The translations under genes were made by a program, and so were the position numbers. From Felis catus (lineage: Eukaryota), in the NCBI RefSeq assembly GCF_018350175.1, contig NC_058368.1, forward strand, positions 51,275,815-51,339,814: 64,000 nt of DNA, read 5' to 3'. Numbering within the stretch: position 1 is the first letter of the stretch; every line of letters starts with the position of its first letter. A model generated the notes under the pieces. The model saw nothing but the letters and a program-made list of their open reading frames with translations, did no database searches and was not told the DNA's origin. Of the stretch, positions 47,874 to 62,203 are shown in pieces.

Positions 47874-48903
47874 CTAAGAAAAAAAAGCAAACATTGAGTT
47901 CAAAATCTGAAATGACTTTATTAAAATTTCCCTTTTATCTATCTCAAGATAGGTAGCAATACAAATCAGTTACTAAAAAGCCCAGGCTTTTTGGGGGTGG
48001 GGGGTGTTCCTGTATCTACTTGAATATAATTGCTAAAAACAACTCTAGCCAACAACAGAATCATCTCAAGTGAATTGTTATTTTTCTTTATGATCAAGCT
48101 CTCCTCAATCAAATGTTCTACCTTCATGTTACATGAGCAATCATTTTTCAATTATCTATTTCTAGGGTAACCTAGGTTAGTTAGCCTTTTCTGTTTCAGT
48201 CAGTAAGCAATCCTCTAACCTGGCTCCTTACAAACAAACAAGGTAGGTCAGACTAGAAGACAAAAGCTTCTGAATTCAAACAGGCTATGAGTTTGAGGAA
48301 TCACAAGAATATTTATGGTTAACTGGTTAAAAACACAACAGACTACATGCAGTTTTAATAATTTACAAACTTTCTTTGAAAGGAAAACATTAGCAATAAC
48401 AATAAAAAATGCTTTCTATCTCTGACACCCCCCCCCCCCCCCGCCCTGCCCAACACACACACATCCTCAAGCCTGAAGAACTAAAAACAACAGCTTTAAT
48501 GTAACTCAGTACGTGAGGTGTTTCACCAATTCTCTTGAGTGGAAGAAGCCCTAAGTTCTCAAAGTCTAGCACTTATTGGGAAAATAAAAGATCAAATTCA
48601 CTTCTTCCATAGTTTGTTCCCAACTATACAGACATCCACTCCTCAATATTAACCCTCTGCTTTGGTCAAGCTAAACTTTTTTCACAAGATCCTCATGACG
48701 TTCTCTCTTTGAAAACTCAGTCGTGTTATGCCCTCTGTCTACAGTCTTCTTCACTACTCAAGTGCACTCCAGATGCACAGTAGGTCTTGAAGAAATTCTT
48801 CTCAATGTTTGTAAACGTTTTCAATGTTGTATCCTTACTAAACATAATTGTCATAAATGCATATATTTTACCATATAAAACAGAAAAGAAAAAAACAACT
48901 TAC

Positions 48904-49129
48904 CTGGCAACACTAAAACCATAGTAGGCCACCCAGAGGACCCTGAAAATTTCTTTAATTCTATCCAGGAGTTAAGATTTTCATGAACAGATGTCAATTT
49001 TGGTCCATATCCTGAATTCTGAACAGTTCTGACAGGAATCAATAAACGGAGGACATCTTCTGACTGTGCAGTGCCACACTGGGGGTCAAACTCGATTGTC
49101 ATCCACCGTACACATTCTGGGAACGTCAC
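48904..49129 (-). CDS. MYCBP2: MYCBP2 exon (VTFPECVRWMTIEFDPQC...GWPTMVLVLP)
   Basis: 226 nt, ag/gtaagt, phase 0-1. Confidence 0.95.
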
Positions 49130-49969
49130 CTGAGGTCAACAGGCGAGAGGACACTTGTATTTGTTAAGAAAAATTTGATTTTTTTTTTCCTATTTTAGAC
49201 ACAGGACATACTGTAAATATGATGCTTTAAACATACTGTAAACTAAATTTTAAGAAACTAATACAGTAGTTTCAATATGACTAGAAATCATAGTGTTAAT
49301 GTTCAATATCAATTGTCCCTATTCCCAACTTGCAATATCTACTGCTTTCTACCTAAAACTTGGTTGATATTACATTAATAATGTTTGTAAGTACACATTG
49401 GTAACACTGAAAAAATATTACAAGGTTGTTTTGATTTCCATAAACATTCAGTTATCTGATTTTCTTGTGGAACTATATATATAGTAAATTTTCTATTTCA
49501 GTCAGTATGCATTTAAGGAATCTAAGTAGGTAAATGAAAATATAATTAGATGGGCAAAATATAAAGCTATATTGATGGAAAGGAAACAAATCATTAAAAT
49601 TTAAGGTTTTAGTCACTTTTAAGTTATCTACCATTCATAGTATCTGCTACAAATGATATTTTTCATTAGCAAAAAACTTCAGAACTTCATATATAACGAG
49701 AATAAAAAAATAAACTAAACACACAATGATGAAAACTTAGATTTTTATATTTTCCTAATCTAAAGTTTCAATGTAATATGAGTTTATGATGGCACATACT
49801 TATATGTATATTTTTAAGTAAGCCAATATAGTTTATTTTATTAAAGTTGAAATATGAATGAAGGGTAGAAAAACTAAATGTAATAAAATTGCCAAATATT
49901 GGCTATTGTGTTAAAAGTCACACAAACTAGGTCATAAAATGTATCTTTGTCCTTATCTTTTTAAAATCT

Positions 49970-50586
49970 TTTATTAGTATTTTTTAAAATATAATTTAGT
50001 GTCAAGTTGGCTAACATACAGTGTATACAGTGTGCTCTTGGTTTCAGGGGTAGATTCCCGTGATTCATCGCTTACATGCAACATCCAGTGCTCATTCCAA
50101 GAAGTGCCCTCCTCAATGCCCATCACCCACTTTCCCCTCTCCCCTGCCACCCCCATCAATCCTCAGTTTGTTCTCTGTATTTAAGAGTCTAATATGGGTT
50201 TGCCTCCCTCTCTGTTTGAAACTATTTCTTCCCCATCCCTTCCCCCATGGACTTCTGTTAAGTTTCTCAAATTCCACATAGGAGTGAAATCATATGTCTT
50301 TCTCTGCCTGACTTATTTCAGTTAGCATAATACCCTCCAGTTCCATCCACATTGTTGCAAATGGCAGGATTTCATTCTTTCTCAGTGCCAAGTAGTATTC
50401 CATTGTATATATAACCACATCTTCTTTATCCATTCATCAGTTGATGGACATTTGGGCTCTTTCCATGATTTGGCTATTGTTGAAAGTGCTGCTATAAACA
50501 TCGGGGCACAAGTGCCCCTATGAATCAGCACTCCTGTATCCTTTGGATAAATTCCTAGTAATACTATTGCTGGGTTGTAGGGTAAG
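49970..50586 (-). mobile_element. 5'-truncated felid/carnivore L1
   Basis: LPYNPAIVLLGIYPKD...[13 protein letters not shown] plus 3'UTR; similar to 32850-33380. Confidence 0.9.
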
Positions 50587-50759
50587 CTTCTATCATCATC
50601 ATTGCAGACAGCATTCTGTCTTGGTAGTCGAATTACAATTAAGTGGGACCATGTCAAATAGTAAACTATGAAATGGTTATAGGATATGATATGACAGTTA
50701 GGAAATTTCCTAAGTATGATATTGATCTAAAAAAATTACCTAGAACTAAGGCAAACAGC

Positions 50760-53700
50760 TTTGGTACAGGATTAAAAAAAATCTCCACTTAAATGAAAAG
50801 CTCACCTTTGTTCATAATTACATAAATGCAAATTAAAACTAAAGTAAGATACCATTACTCCCACCAATTCTCCCATTATATTAGCAAAAGGCCCAAAATT
50901 TAACCACACACTCTGTTGGGGAGGCTGTGAGAAAACAAGCACTCTCAAACACTGGTGCTGGGGACACGAAACAGTATAACCTCGACAGGACTCTCTCAAC
51001 CCTAGCAAAGATACATATGCGTTCAGCTTCTGTAGCAGTAACCCCAAACCTATGAAGCACATGGCTCCTCAGTCTACATTTGTTTGACCCAGTAATCCCA
51101 CTTCTGGGGATGTGCTTTGAAGATATATTTCTAAATACATGAAAAAACAAACAAAAAAGCCCAACATTTACGTAAGGTTATTCATCGCAAAAAAATAGCA
51201 AAATACTGAAAACACCTGAAGTGCTCACACAAGCTACCTACTGAATAAACTATGATCCATCTTCACAGAGGAGCACTAACCACTTGTAAAAAAAGAATGA
51301 GGACGATCTCTTTAAATGGTATGGGGAGATTTCTATGCATTTTGTTACATTTCAAAAAGTACCAGACAGATTTGGTGTGCTACCATTTTAAAAAGAAAAA
51401 CCTACATCTATATCCATCTATCTATTTTTTCAAAAATAAACACAGGAAGGAAACACCAGGACACTCAATGGAGTAAGCTGAGAAGCAGAGAAGGGAAAGG
51501 GAAGGGCCTCATAATTCTGAGCATGTTATTTTATATGATTTTATTTCTGGAGCCATGTTGATATTTTAAATACTGTATAAAGTTAAAAGATAAAAGTTAA
51601 CCAAGATAAAGATAAACAAAGAAAGATGGGGGAAAACTCACAAAAATTAAGTACAAAAAACCAAATAAGCCTAATTTTATAGCAAAGTGATCATATAGCA
51701 ACCTGCACATATAAAAAGAATTACTCCAAGTAACTTCTGAATTTGGTACTTTGTTATCTAATGTCAGCGGGATATATTCTGAAGACAAACATTTTACAAG
51801 GAAATTGTTAATTTTACCCAGTAGTTCTATTTTTCACAGTGACACATAAATGGGATAGATATAAAGACAAGACTCCTATAATGTTGACTAGAACTGGTAG
51901 GTAGTATTCAAAAACTGATGAAAACATGATAAAACATAAAAAACATAAAATCCAGCTTGAATGAACTTCCATTGGCCAAATCAATTAAAATTTGAGAATT
52001 AAAATAATAACAGCAAAGGATTATAACATTAAACAAAAAGAAAATTCTTAAATCTGTATTGATATAAACACATAAAATAAACGAGTGAATGTGTGTTTAA
52101 AAGTGGAAGGGATGGAAAAACGGTCTTTCACAATAGAACACCAAATGGAAGGAATAACAGAATTAGAAAGCCACCGTTTTGCAACCACTATAGTAATAAG
52201 TGATTTGGGTAAGAATCACCAATGGATGCTAAAACTGCTGGGTGAAAATTTGTTAGGGAGTATTTTTTACACAGTCTCTAGCTCTCTACCCATAAGCCTT
52301 TTCTTTTTTTTTTTAAATTTTTTTTTTCAACGTTTATTTATTTTTTGGGACAGAGAGAGACAAGAGCATGAATGGGGAAGGGGCAGAGAGAGAGGGAGAC
52401 ACAGAATCGGAAACAGGCTCCAGGCTCTGAGCCATCAGCCCAGAGCCCGACGCGGGGCTCGAACTCACGGACCGCGAGATCGTGACCTGGCTGAAGTCGG
52501 ACGCTTAACCGACTGAGCCACCCAGGCGCCCCCCCATAAGCCTTTTCAAAGAGAAAAAAGGTAGTTTTGGTGGAGAAACTTGCCAGATATCCTCTTAATC
52601 AAATGGTAAGTACTTCCTGATGGAATGCACTGACAAGAATATGGTATCAATTATGAACTGTTGCTGCCCAAAACAAGTAACCTAAGTTTAATCATTAGGA
52701 AACAATCAATCAAGTCCAAATTAAAGGATACTTCTACAGAACCGCTGATTGTATTCTTCATAAATGCCAATGTCAAGAAAGACAAGGAAAGCCTGAGGCA
52801 CTATTTCAGATCAAAGGAAACAGAGAAGACCTGACAACTAAGTGCAATGGATGAATGTGGTTGGATCCCAGATCTGGGTTTAGAAAAATGCCATGAATGC
52901 TGTTGTTGGGGCAGCTGGCAAAACATCTAGCTTATAATATCATGGTATACTACTATTACGCATTATGGTAATAGAGCATCAATGTTAAATTCCCTAAATT
53001 TGACTAGTGTATTACTGATACACAGAAAAATCTCTGTTCTTAGGAACAAGGTGACTGTTCATGTTTGCAACTTACTCTTAAATGGTTCAGCAGTATCAAA
53101 TACAGATAAATAAATACAACAAATGTGGCAAACTGTTAACTGATGAAGCCAGGTGAAAGGCATACAAGGTGATCATTGCACAAATCTTATTTTTTCCTAC
53201 AGGTTTGAAATATTTACAATAAAAGGTGAAACACATGGGGAATGAATATACACACTATCTCCATCTGTGTATGTGACTACACTTACATTATAAAAAACGG
53301 AAGAATAAACTACAAAGTTATAATAAAATGAAATGCTACCTAGGATAGGGAAGGAGGGAACAGAGATTGGGGATAGAAATAAAACCTAGACTTCTCTGAG
53401 TACTCTTTCCTTTATAGATTTGAGTTAGGACAATGTAATCATTTAAGTTGTTATAAAACAAAACAAGATATAAGAAGCAGTTCCTAAAATCCTAAAATAA
53501 AAGAAATGATGCCAAATGTATGTCCAATTTGTGGCATAATCACACAGAAGAGTGACTATTCCAACTTACATTAAACACAGTAATTGACCATACCCACTTA
53601 CTTTAAAACACATTCATTTCTTTATACATCCTAGATGGGATATACCCAACATGACAAAACACACCCACACATATACACACACAGGAAATGAATAACCGAT

Positions 53701-54420
53701 TTTCTAATTCTAATATTCCCAGTGTCATTGGGAACAGGGATCTAGATGTATGACAAAAAGATTCAAGGGTAAGGTCCTATGGACCTTATTCTGAATTCGT
53801 ATCATCAGTACAAACTTCAGGTATTGTATCTTAAAAAAAAAAAAAAACATATAAATGTGTCTATACAGGAATATATACACATATATAAAAATAATATGTG
53901 CCTGTGTGTATAAATACATGCATGAATGACTGTATGTACCAGTTCTGTGCACTACAAATATTTAGAAACAGTCACCAGCCCAAGAGAAACGAGTCAAATT
54001 CTTCTGCCAAATTTTGGCTCTTAAATACCAACACAAGAAATGTAGAAGATGAGCCTAGAATATCTTACACTAGTGAGGGAGGATGCTATGAATGACTACA
54101 AGGGGTATGTCTAAAGGATTCAGGCGGCAAGCTGAAGAGGTTCCTACCAACAAAGACATATGGTCCATTTTCTCAAATAAAATTCAAGGAAACAAAAAAA
54201 GACCGAGTTGGAGGGGAACCTCCTCAAGTAGATAAGAAGAGACTTGAGAGACATAATAACCAATCACAATGTATGGATCTTATCTGGATTCTAATTCAAA
54301 CAATTAAAAAAGTTAAACTCTTATTTTGAATCTAACTCAATTAAAAATGTACATATTTGATGACATGAAGGAATTATTAGCATTTTCTGTATAATAATAA
54401 TATAGTTACTTTTTATGGGT
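50760..54420 (+). mobile_element. Highly degraded ancient L1 (L1M-type) fragments
   Basis: Remnants such as tttgacccagtaatcccacttctggg and A-rich L1M 3'UTR-like text; boundaries approximate. Confidence 0.5.
52298..52532 (-). mobile_element. Young SINEC_Fc
   Basis: CpGs intact, TSD ccataagccttttc-like. Confidence 0.93.
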
Positions 54421-55071
54421 CTATATTTAAAGATAGATAATAAAATATCCATAAAGGTGCTTTAAAATAATCTAGATTATTATATGTTTACCACAGTGTA
54501 TAATAAAAAGTTGAGTATTTTGCAAGCACATAAAACTTATAATTACATTGATGAAGTAGACAAATCTTCCTTCTCCTCCTTAGTTTACACGATACAATTT
54601 AAAAAGGAATAAAGACTCTGGATACTCTGTAATATTATATTTATAAATGTTTTATTATTTTTTACATTATTTATATTAGAGTACTCGAAGTCCTGCATTG
54701 GATATGCAAATTTTCAGAACTCAGGCTGTGGTATAAATAATAGCAGTTCAAACAATATGATTTTTAAATTTTCATGCTTATATCCACTACTATTACAATA
54801 CATAATATGCAGTTGAACATTATATACTGCACTGGACTTATAAAAACATATGAGAACAATTCTCATAAATACTCCCAACATTACGCTTTAATGACAAAAA
54901 TTCTATCTTAAACCCTTTTGTGTATCTGACAGTGCCTAACCACCTGATTTCTATATTTAAATACTATAAAAAACTATACTTCTAAACAGAGGCAAAGTAT
55001 CCTGTAAGACATCATTATAGAACATCAAACCAACTTTTAAATTTAAACTCTGCCCAGGAGTCAGCGCCTAC

Positions 55072-55290
55072 CTTGTAGTGCATCACACATGCAGGTTTAT
55101 AGGGGTGCTCACTCTCTATGACCGCATAGTGATTAGAGGTTGTACAAGCAGAGAGGCCTTGCTCAGGCTGGTTTCCTGTGGTGCTATCTGTTGACTGATT
55201 AGGATTGAATGCAGGGGGTGCATACTTTTGATTCAAAATGGCAACTGAGGGAAGTAACTGTTGGACAAGGCCAAAGACTTCTACAGCCAC
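55072..55290 (-). CDS. MYCBP2: MYCBP2 exon (VAVEVFGLVQQ...VIESEHPYKPACVMHYK)
   Basis: 219 nt, ag/gtaggc, phase 0-0. Confidence 0.95.
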
Positions 55291-55952
55291 CTGGTATAAA
55301 AAGAAATGATTAAATGAGATAATAAATGTGAAAATTGCTTTGAAGTTGTTAATTACTGTAATTGTTGGCCATCCTTAATTACTAAGATATTATTAAGAGT
55401 TTGTTCTGACTAAATTTTCGCTCAAAGAGAAATTTTTTTATGGAAAAAAAAGATTTACCTTAGATTTCTTAGATGTTATATGAAAATAACCTTGTCTATA
55501 CTTTTAAACACTTTGCCTTTTTGTAATCTGCCGTAAACTAGGTTTTACTCAATCTTTATGCTAAAGAATCAATAGTTTATGATTTCCTCCATATCTTGAC
55601 TATTTCTCAGTTGTAAAATACTCCTACCTTGCTATTTTTATTCAAAAAGAAGACTTGGCATCAACTTCATAAATTACAAAAATCTACTTAAACTCTCCTT
55701 ATATGTCACAACTAAAATATATTTCTCATTCCCAAATTCTTCAACTGTAAAGCCAATAAGTAAGCATAGTAATCTAGTCAACAATATGAAGAACAGAGAG
55801 GTTTAACTGATAACTTCTACCATTTTAACATGTCTATCTCTGTATGTTACTTGTAACCCAGGTGCCTCAAAGATTAAAATGTTTATAAAGATACAAAGTC
55901 TAAAAAAATGATATTAAAAAAATATTCAAAGTTACATAATTAAGTTACACAC

Positions 55953-56053
55953 CTTGGGAATAGCAGCAGCTACTGGTCCTATGTAGGCTATAATAAGGGG
56001 AAGCAGCATGGAAAACAGACTGGAAGAACTAAGCAGTTCTGGAATGTCATCAG
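55953..56053 (-). CDS. MYCBP2: MYCBP2 exon (DDIPELLSSSSLFSMLLPLIIAYIGPVAAAIPK)
   Basis: 101 nt, ag/gtgtgt, phase 1-0. Confidence 0.94.
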
Positions 56054-57513
56054 CTAAAAAAGGCATTAAAACTATAGTTAGAAGGTAATTTCACTGTAAT
56101 GTATATATGCTATACTAAATCTATATTCTAGTCTCTTGAGCAAAATAAAATTATCACTCTTATAAAGGACCTGGCCCTATTTAAGGGCTTTACTGACATA
56201 AGCCATAGCAATTAATCCTCACAGTAAGATACTTTTATTATCTCTACTTTATACAAGAAGAAACCAAGGCACACACTGTTTAAATAACTCATCCAAAATC
56301 CTACAGCTGTAAAATGACAGAGGCAGGATTAGAACCTACAGTAATAGTCATGATGTTAACCACTACACCTGATGCCACACGTGGCTACATGTGTGACATT
56401 AGGCCAATTACTTAATTGGCGTATGCCTCAGGTTACTCCTCTGTAAAAAGGATAGTAACAGTACTTCCCTCAGTGGGTACTATGAAGATTGAGTTAATAT
56501 ATGTAAAACATTAGAACAATGCCTGCACATATTAAGCACTACAAAAATGCTGTTATTAAACCATATTGCCTTCTATTTTACCAAGAAAGCCTTTTGCTAA
56601 AGGACATTATAATCATTTACCCAATGAGCACGGTGCTGGGAAGGTAAGTTGAGTCTAGACTGAGATCACCTTTATATTAAAGGCCAATTATTTCCAAATA
56701 CTTCTTTCTAGATATGCTGTTGCATCAGAATAGGATTCAGTTATTTTAAAAATACAGTTTCTTAGCCCAGCCCAAACCTGCAGACTGGATGGGCCAAACA
56801 TTTTTTATTTTTAGCAAGTTTCCCAGGTGATTCTGATGTGTACTAGGCTTAGGAACAAATGTTACAGATTACAGTAAGGCTGGGTGGGTTACAATGAATG
56901 CTTGTGTAAATGAACTCCACTGCCAGTATGGAGATGACTAGGTAGCTAGATGTGGAATGGGAGAACAGTGGTAGTGAGGCTGCTGGGATGTTACCCATCT
57001 ACGGGGAAGAGGACATGTGCCAGCACCATGGTAGCTTGGACTATGGAAGAACAGACAGGGGAATACAAATTGGAGAGTTGCCAGTGGAAGAACTTATAGA
57101 ACTGAAATCAGACAAGTGCGTTTGGGGAGATGTTTAGGGTTACCCACACCTTTGGGTGAATGGTGATAACATTACTGGAAATATAGGAAGAAAAACACAC
57201 CTTAAGGAGAAAATAAAATGCTTTCTGACTACTAAAGCAAGGATAAAGCAAAGACTCAGCTTTATCCTTGAGTTTTTCTTACTATGTTAACTAAGGAAAA
57301 AATAGGTATCCGGTAACTGCTTTTGGACATTTTAAAAAGTTCTGCATTAGAATATGGAGAGTATGGCTGATCCAAAATGAATGTGTATGTGTGAGCAGAT
57401 CTACAATGAATAAAACATTCTGGGATTCTACAAAATAGTTACTCTTCAGTAACTCTGTGTACAAGTTAGGGAATAAAGAATCTAAAATATGACTATTAAA
57501 AGAAAAGTCTTAC

Positions 57514-57656
57514 CATCCACAGCAAGAGCTCTGTGCAAGAGGTCTTTTGCAGCTCGAACAACAGTGCTTACCACAGAGAGAGCTCTGCTACAGTTTTTAT
57601 CTTCTTCATTGGCTTTACTCAGAAGCTGGGATTGTAAATCTCCATCAAATTCACTC
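57514..57656 (-). CDS. MYCBP2: MYCBP2 exon (SEFDGDLQSQLLSK...LLHRALAVD)
   Basis: 143 nt, ag/gtaaga, phase 2-1. Confidence 0.95.
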
Positions 57657-59029
57657 CTATAACAGGAGTAATACATGAGATTATTTTACATGGTAGGTAA
57701 AACATGATCTAACTCTAGTTAGATCAGAGCTCCTCACTTAAAATTAAAAAAGTTAAAGTTGTAACTGTGCAATTTCAAGGAGTGATAGGACTTCAAAGAA
57801 AAATACAGCCGGATGAGGATATAAAGTTATTTTAGAATAAGACCAAAGAGAGTCTATATCAGGAACTGATATTTAAATAAAGGCTTGAATTATGTTAAAA
57901 AAACAAAAAGCTGAGGATAAAATATTCAGGCATAAGGAATAGTAAGATAAAGGTTCAGACAAGAACAAGACTGGCAAGTTCAAGGAACAGAATGAAGACG
58001 AGTGTGACTGGAATGAAAGGAGCGTGGAGGGTGACAGGAATCACACCACGTGAGCTCCATAAGCCTCCGTAAGACCTTGCATTTCCTGGGATGGGAAGCT
58101 GTGAGGGGATCGTGAGCAGGGGCAGAACTTGGCCTGATGCGTATTTCTGTGAAACCCTTCTGGCTGCACTGTGCAGACTGACTGCAGGAGGGCCACCACA
58201 AAAGGTGGGAGGGAGACTGGGAGGGAGACTGGGTTAGAAGCTATGATTGTCATGCAGGGGGCGGCAGTGATGGTTTGAACTGAACTGTTAATTATGGGAG
58301 TTAGAAAAGGTCAGACTTAGAACATTTAAAAGCACAGCTGCCAGGACTTGGTGATGGAAAGAGTGAGAGAAACAGGGAAGTCAAGAAACTCCAAGGTGCT
58401 TGGCTCCAACCATGGATGGGGAGGAGCACTGTGACACATTAAACTACGATGTCTCACAGGTGACCTTAAGCATTGTTAAAGAGGACATGTTAAAAGCAGG
58501 TCATCTGGAGACCAATTACCTGCCTACAGAACCCAGGACCATACTTTACAAGAAATGTGACTTTAGGCAAGGTATTTAACCCTCAACGTGTCTGTTCCCT
58601 CATCTGTGAAGCAGGACAAGCGCCCACCTCATGGAGTTACTTACTACAAGGACTAGCTAATAACACAGGTCACGCACTGAAAACACATGTGTTAAGAAAC
58701 ACCTTATTATGTATCCTAGGGCCCCAAGAACTAGACTCAGAGACATCAAAATATATTGCAGACTGGATAATAGAACCAAGGCAAAGCTAGTACTTGGATA
58801 GAAGTGATCTGATCACTAATCTTTAGTATTTTTAAAGAAGAAATGAACTGAATGTTTTTAGTATTTTAGGTATTTTTAAAAAAGAAATGAACACACATGC
58901 CCAGGAATAAAAATGTCAAAGATATTAAAGAAGTAACAACAAAAAAAAGGAAGTAACAACAAAAAAATTTTAAAGCATTCACCTTTACAGTGAACAGTGA
59001 AAAAATAGAAATATATTAATATATATATA

Positions 59030-59106
59030 AACCATGACCCTGGGATCATGACTTGAGCCAAAATCAAGAGTCAGACACTCAAACAACTGGCCCACCCAGG
59101 TGCTCC
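59030..59106 (-). mobile_element. Can-SINE head fragment
   Basis: gatcatgacttgagccaaaatcaagagtcagacactc...cacccaggtgctcc. Confidence 0.75.
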
Positions 59107-59273
59107 TATATATTAATAAGAGATCTTTTTACACAAATCAGCACAAGTATGTGCAAGGAAGTTATGCTGCATACTTTAATTATAACTATGCATTTAGCAT
59201 TTTTTACCTTGATATCAAACTGTATGTGTTCTGTTGCTTTAAAATGCCCCCTTCCCTGTACATACACACTTAC

Positions 59274-59452
59274 CTATAGTACAGGATCTGTGGAATCTGT
59301 CCTCTGGTTTGATTTGTACCATTACTACTCAAGCTGCATGTGCTGAATGTGAATGTCACACCGTCCGGGCACTGAACTGTGGTCATTCCTCCATCTCCAT
59401 TGGCTGTACGGCTTCCATAGTTCCTCAAGCGCACAGCATATTTAACATTTTC
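59274..59452 (-). CDS. MYCBP2: MYCBP2 exon, end of PHR2 (ENVKYAVRLRNYG...NGTNQTRGQIPQILYY)
   Basis: 179 nt, phase 0-2; GQIPQILY is the PHR C-terminal motif. Confidence 0.96.
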
Positions 59453-59589
59453 CTTCACAATAAAGATGTAAAACATGTTTATAATGTACAGAGGCTATAA
59501 AAAAACTGGGCCAGTATACTGAATTTCTTTGTCCTATTTATAGATGATTTGGTTAAGCACCTTTTTAATGAATCAAACAGGAAGATAAC

Positions 59590-59830
59590 TCTTAATGATG
59601 TTTATTATTTAAAGAAACTGTACTAAGTACTTCATGTGCTTTGATTAAGTTAATCCTTAAAATAACTTCATGAGGTAAGTACCATTACTATTCCTATTTT
59701 ACAGATGAGGAATCGGAGACACAGAGAAGTTACGTAAGCCATCCAAAGGCACACAGCTATTAAGTGATGGAATGAGTATTTGAATATAGGCAGTTTGACT
59801 CTAGGCCCATAAAGAATACTAACCATAACA
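59590..59830. mobile_element. MIR relic (others near 2560-2720, 29080-29260, 43310-43550, 56160-56560, 60630-60860)
   Basis: MIR core cctattttacagatgaggaa(a/t)c.gag.cacagaga. Confidence 0.7.
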
Positions 59831-60230
59831 AAAGATTTAAAGTACATAATCTAATTATTTTTCTTTGATGAGTTTAACTTTTGAAATAATTTTAAGTGTG
59901 GGAAAAATGGTGAATCTACTATATTTTATTTAAGAGACACTCAGAGATAGAAACAGAAAGGTGGAGAAATGGGAAGAAATATCCATAAGCAAAAGTTGTC
60001 CCAAATAAGATGTACCATGCATAGAAAATATGAGATACAGACACTGGTGCCTTATGATCTATGATATACACTTTACAGTGAAAAGATTTTTTTTTGTTTT
60101 TTGGTACCCTAACTCTTTTTGATAAGGCCTCTGATGAACTTCTCTTATCCCAGATTCTGTTCTATAATAAAAATAATAATTTACAGTTGAATTCAGAATT
60201 ACTCCATTCATAACTACTTTAAGATTAGGT

Positions 60231-60368
60231 AGAGGCGCCTGGGTGGCTCAGTGGATTGAGCATCCGACTACGGCTCAGGTCATGATCTCATGGCTCGTGA
60301 GTCTGAGCCCCGCCTCGGACTCTGTGCTAACAGCTCAGAGCCTGGAGCCTACTTTGGATTCCGTGTCT

Positions 60369-60417
<49 letters not shown>

Positions 60418-60487
60418 CCTCCCCCACTCATGCTCTGTCTCTCTCTGTCTCAAAAATAAATAAACATTAAAAAAAATTTTAAAAAAG
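60231..60487 (+). mobile_element. Can-SINE
   Basis: Head, long (CT)n, A tail. Confidence 0.9.
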
Positions 60488-61029
60488 GATACGACTTCTG
60501 TTTTGGTAAATAGTTATGTTACATGAAGTAATAAACAACTTTTATATAAAGTAATAGTAACTTTAATAGTTAATATGATCTATTAAGGCCATTTTTTAAA
60601 AAAGAGCTTGGCACAATAAGAGAAGAAAAGACAGGAACTAATATTTGCTGAGTTTCTATACTGTACTAGACATTGAGGCAAGTACTTTATTCTATTATTT
60701 AATTTCATCTGAACAACACTACAATGTAGGTACAATCCTTCTGAATCTTCAGATAAGCCTCAGAGTGGTCAAATAATATCTAATGTCTTTAAGCTATGTG
60801 AAAGTGCAGGCATCTGAAGCTAGTTCCGCCTGACTCCAAAACTAAACAATACTTTCTACTATACCAGACTTTAAGAGATCTTTTGCAAAAATACAATACA
60901 GTACAATATAAGGGGTATAGTAGTGACTCTATAAACATTTTAAGCATCACAAAAAGGAATACTTTTCATTACTTTTTAAGTAAACTACATAGTACCTCTT
61001 ATTTATAAAAGAAACATAACTGAAATTAC

Positions 61030-61161
61030 CTTTAAAGGAACAACTTTGTCAAGTCTGATTTCAGCTATATCACTGGGTGAGTCATCTGTTGTATACGTTC
61101 CTTTGACTAATTCTAGAGATGTCCATCTGTGAGAATGAGTCGAATCTCCTGCATGTTCACT
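61030..61161 (-). CDS. MYCBP2: MYCBP2 exon, PHR2 (SEHAGDSTHSHRWTSLELVKG...LDKVVPLK)
   Basis: 132 nt, ag/gtaatt, phase 0-0. Confidence 0.95.
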
Positions 61162-61996
61162 CTAATTAAAACAAAAACAAAACAAAACCCACCCTATTCT
61201 TAATTTTGTTTTATTGTTTTTAAGCAGTTTCTTTCCTTGCACATGAAATTATCCATTAGCATTTCCCCATATATAATGAAGAAAAAAAAATTTAGTAAAT
61301 TATTTATTTTTATCTGATTTCCTGAGGAGTCTACAACCTAAATCATACAAATGGGCTTTTCTCATCTGATGTCTTAAAATGATTTCCACTTCTTCATAAG
61401 AAGAGTGCTTATCTAATTAAAGAGCCTAATGAAGTAGGACATAATTTAATTGCTAAAGAGAATCAAGATACAGATAGATTTCTATTTTTTATGAAATGAT
61501 TTACATGGTAACTTTTTGTCCCATTTTAATAAAACTGTGAAAACTCAGGTAATTTAAATAATTTAGAGAATACAGCAAGATAGAGCTTAATCAATCAATC
61601 AAAACTATCTTTACTAAGAATAATCCATTTGCACTCTATGACAAAACTGCTTTAGTCATGGATACAGGTAATAATACTGATCTGAATACTGTTCTTGTTT
61701 CTAAAAAACTACAAAAGCAAAAAAATTACACAAAAGTTATAATCAGAGGCTTAGCTCTATAATTTCTAGTATTTTCATTTAACATCTCCCCTGGAAGTGC
61801 AAAAAACATGAGGCAGAAGTGATCCAGAATGGCACAGAAGTAATCATGCAGAATCACTCTTTCCATTTCTTTAATGTCTTCCACGACTAATGACTAATCT
61901 GCTAAACCCTCAAAGATTTGGACACTCTTACTATGATAATGGTAAGTCCTGACGCACAACTTACACACAAGATGACACTGTTAGAGTGGTACTTAC

Positions 61997-62203
61997 GTCA
62001 TCAACTAACACCTCTAATTCATATTCATGAATTCCACCTCCTCCATAGACAGAAAAACCAACCACAACTATTCCTGGTTTGTCTACTGAAAAACAAATTG
62101 CATCAGGGGACCCATTCCCAGTGTTCCAACTTCTTCCCTGACTTGTTTTTGTGAATCGGTTAGCACTGGCTTTAACAGAGTGAAGAGAATTAAGTCCATC
62201 AAC
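61997..62203 (-). CDS. MYCBP2: MYCBP2 exon, PHR2 domain (VDGLNSLHSVKASANRFTKTSQGRSWNTGNGSPDAICFSVDKPG...ELEVLVDD)
   Basis: 207 nt, ag/gtaagt, phase 0-0. Confidence 0.95.

Larger units (their letters stand above)
743..62203 (-). other. MYCBP2: MYCBP2 gene, internal portion (21 assembled exons; gene continues beyond both window ends)
   Basis: Exon peptides match MYCBP2 as I recall it. All junction phases are compatible; spliced total is 3007 nt (1002 codons + 1 nt) with no stop. Confidence 0.97.

Noticed and set aside
58820..58970. Short imperfect direct duplications (tatttttaaa.aagaaatgaac twice; aagtaacaacaaaaaaa twice)
   Set aside because: Slippage-type local duplications in AT-rich DNA; no spacer-array or CRISPR-like structure
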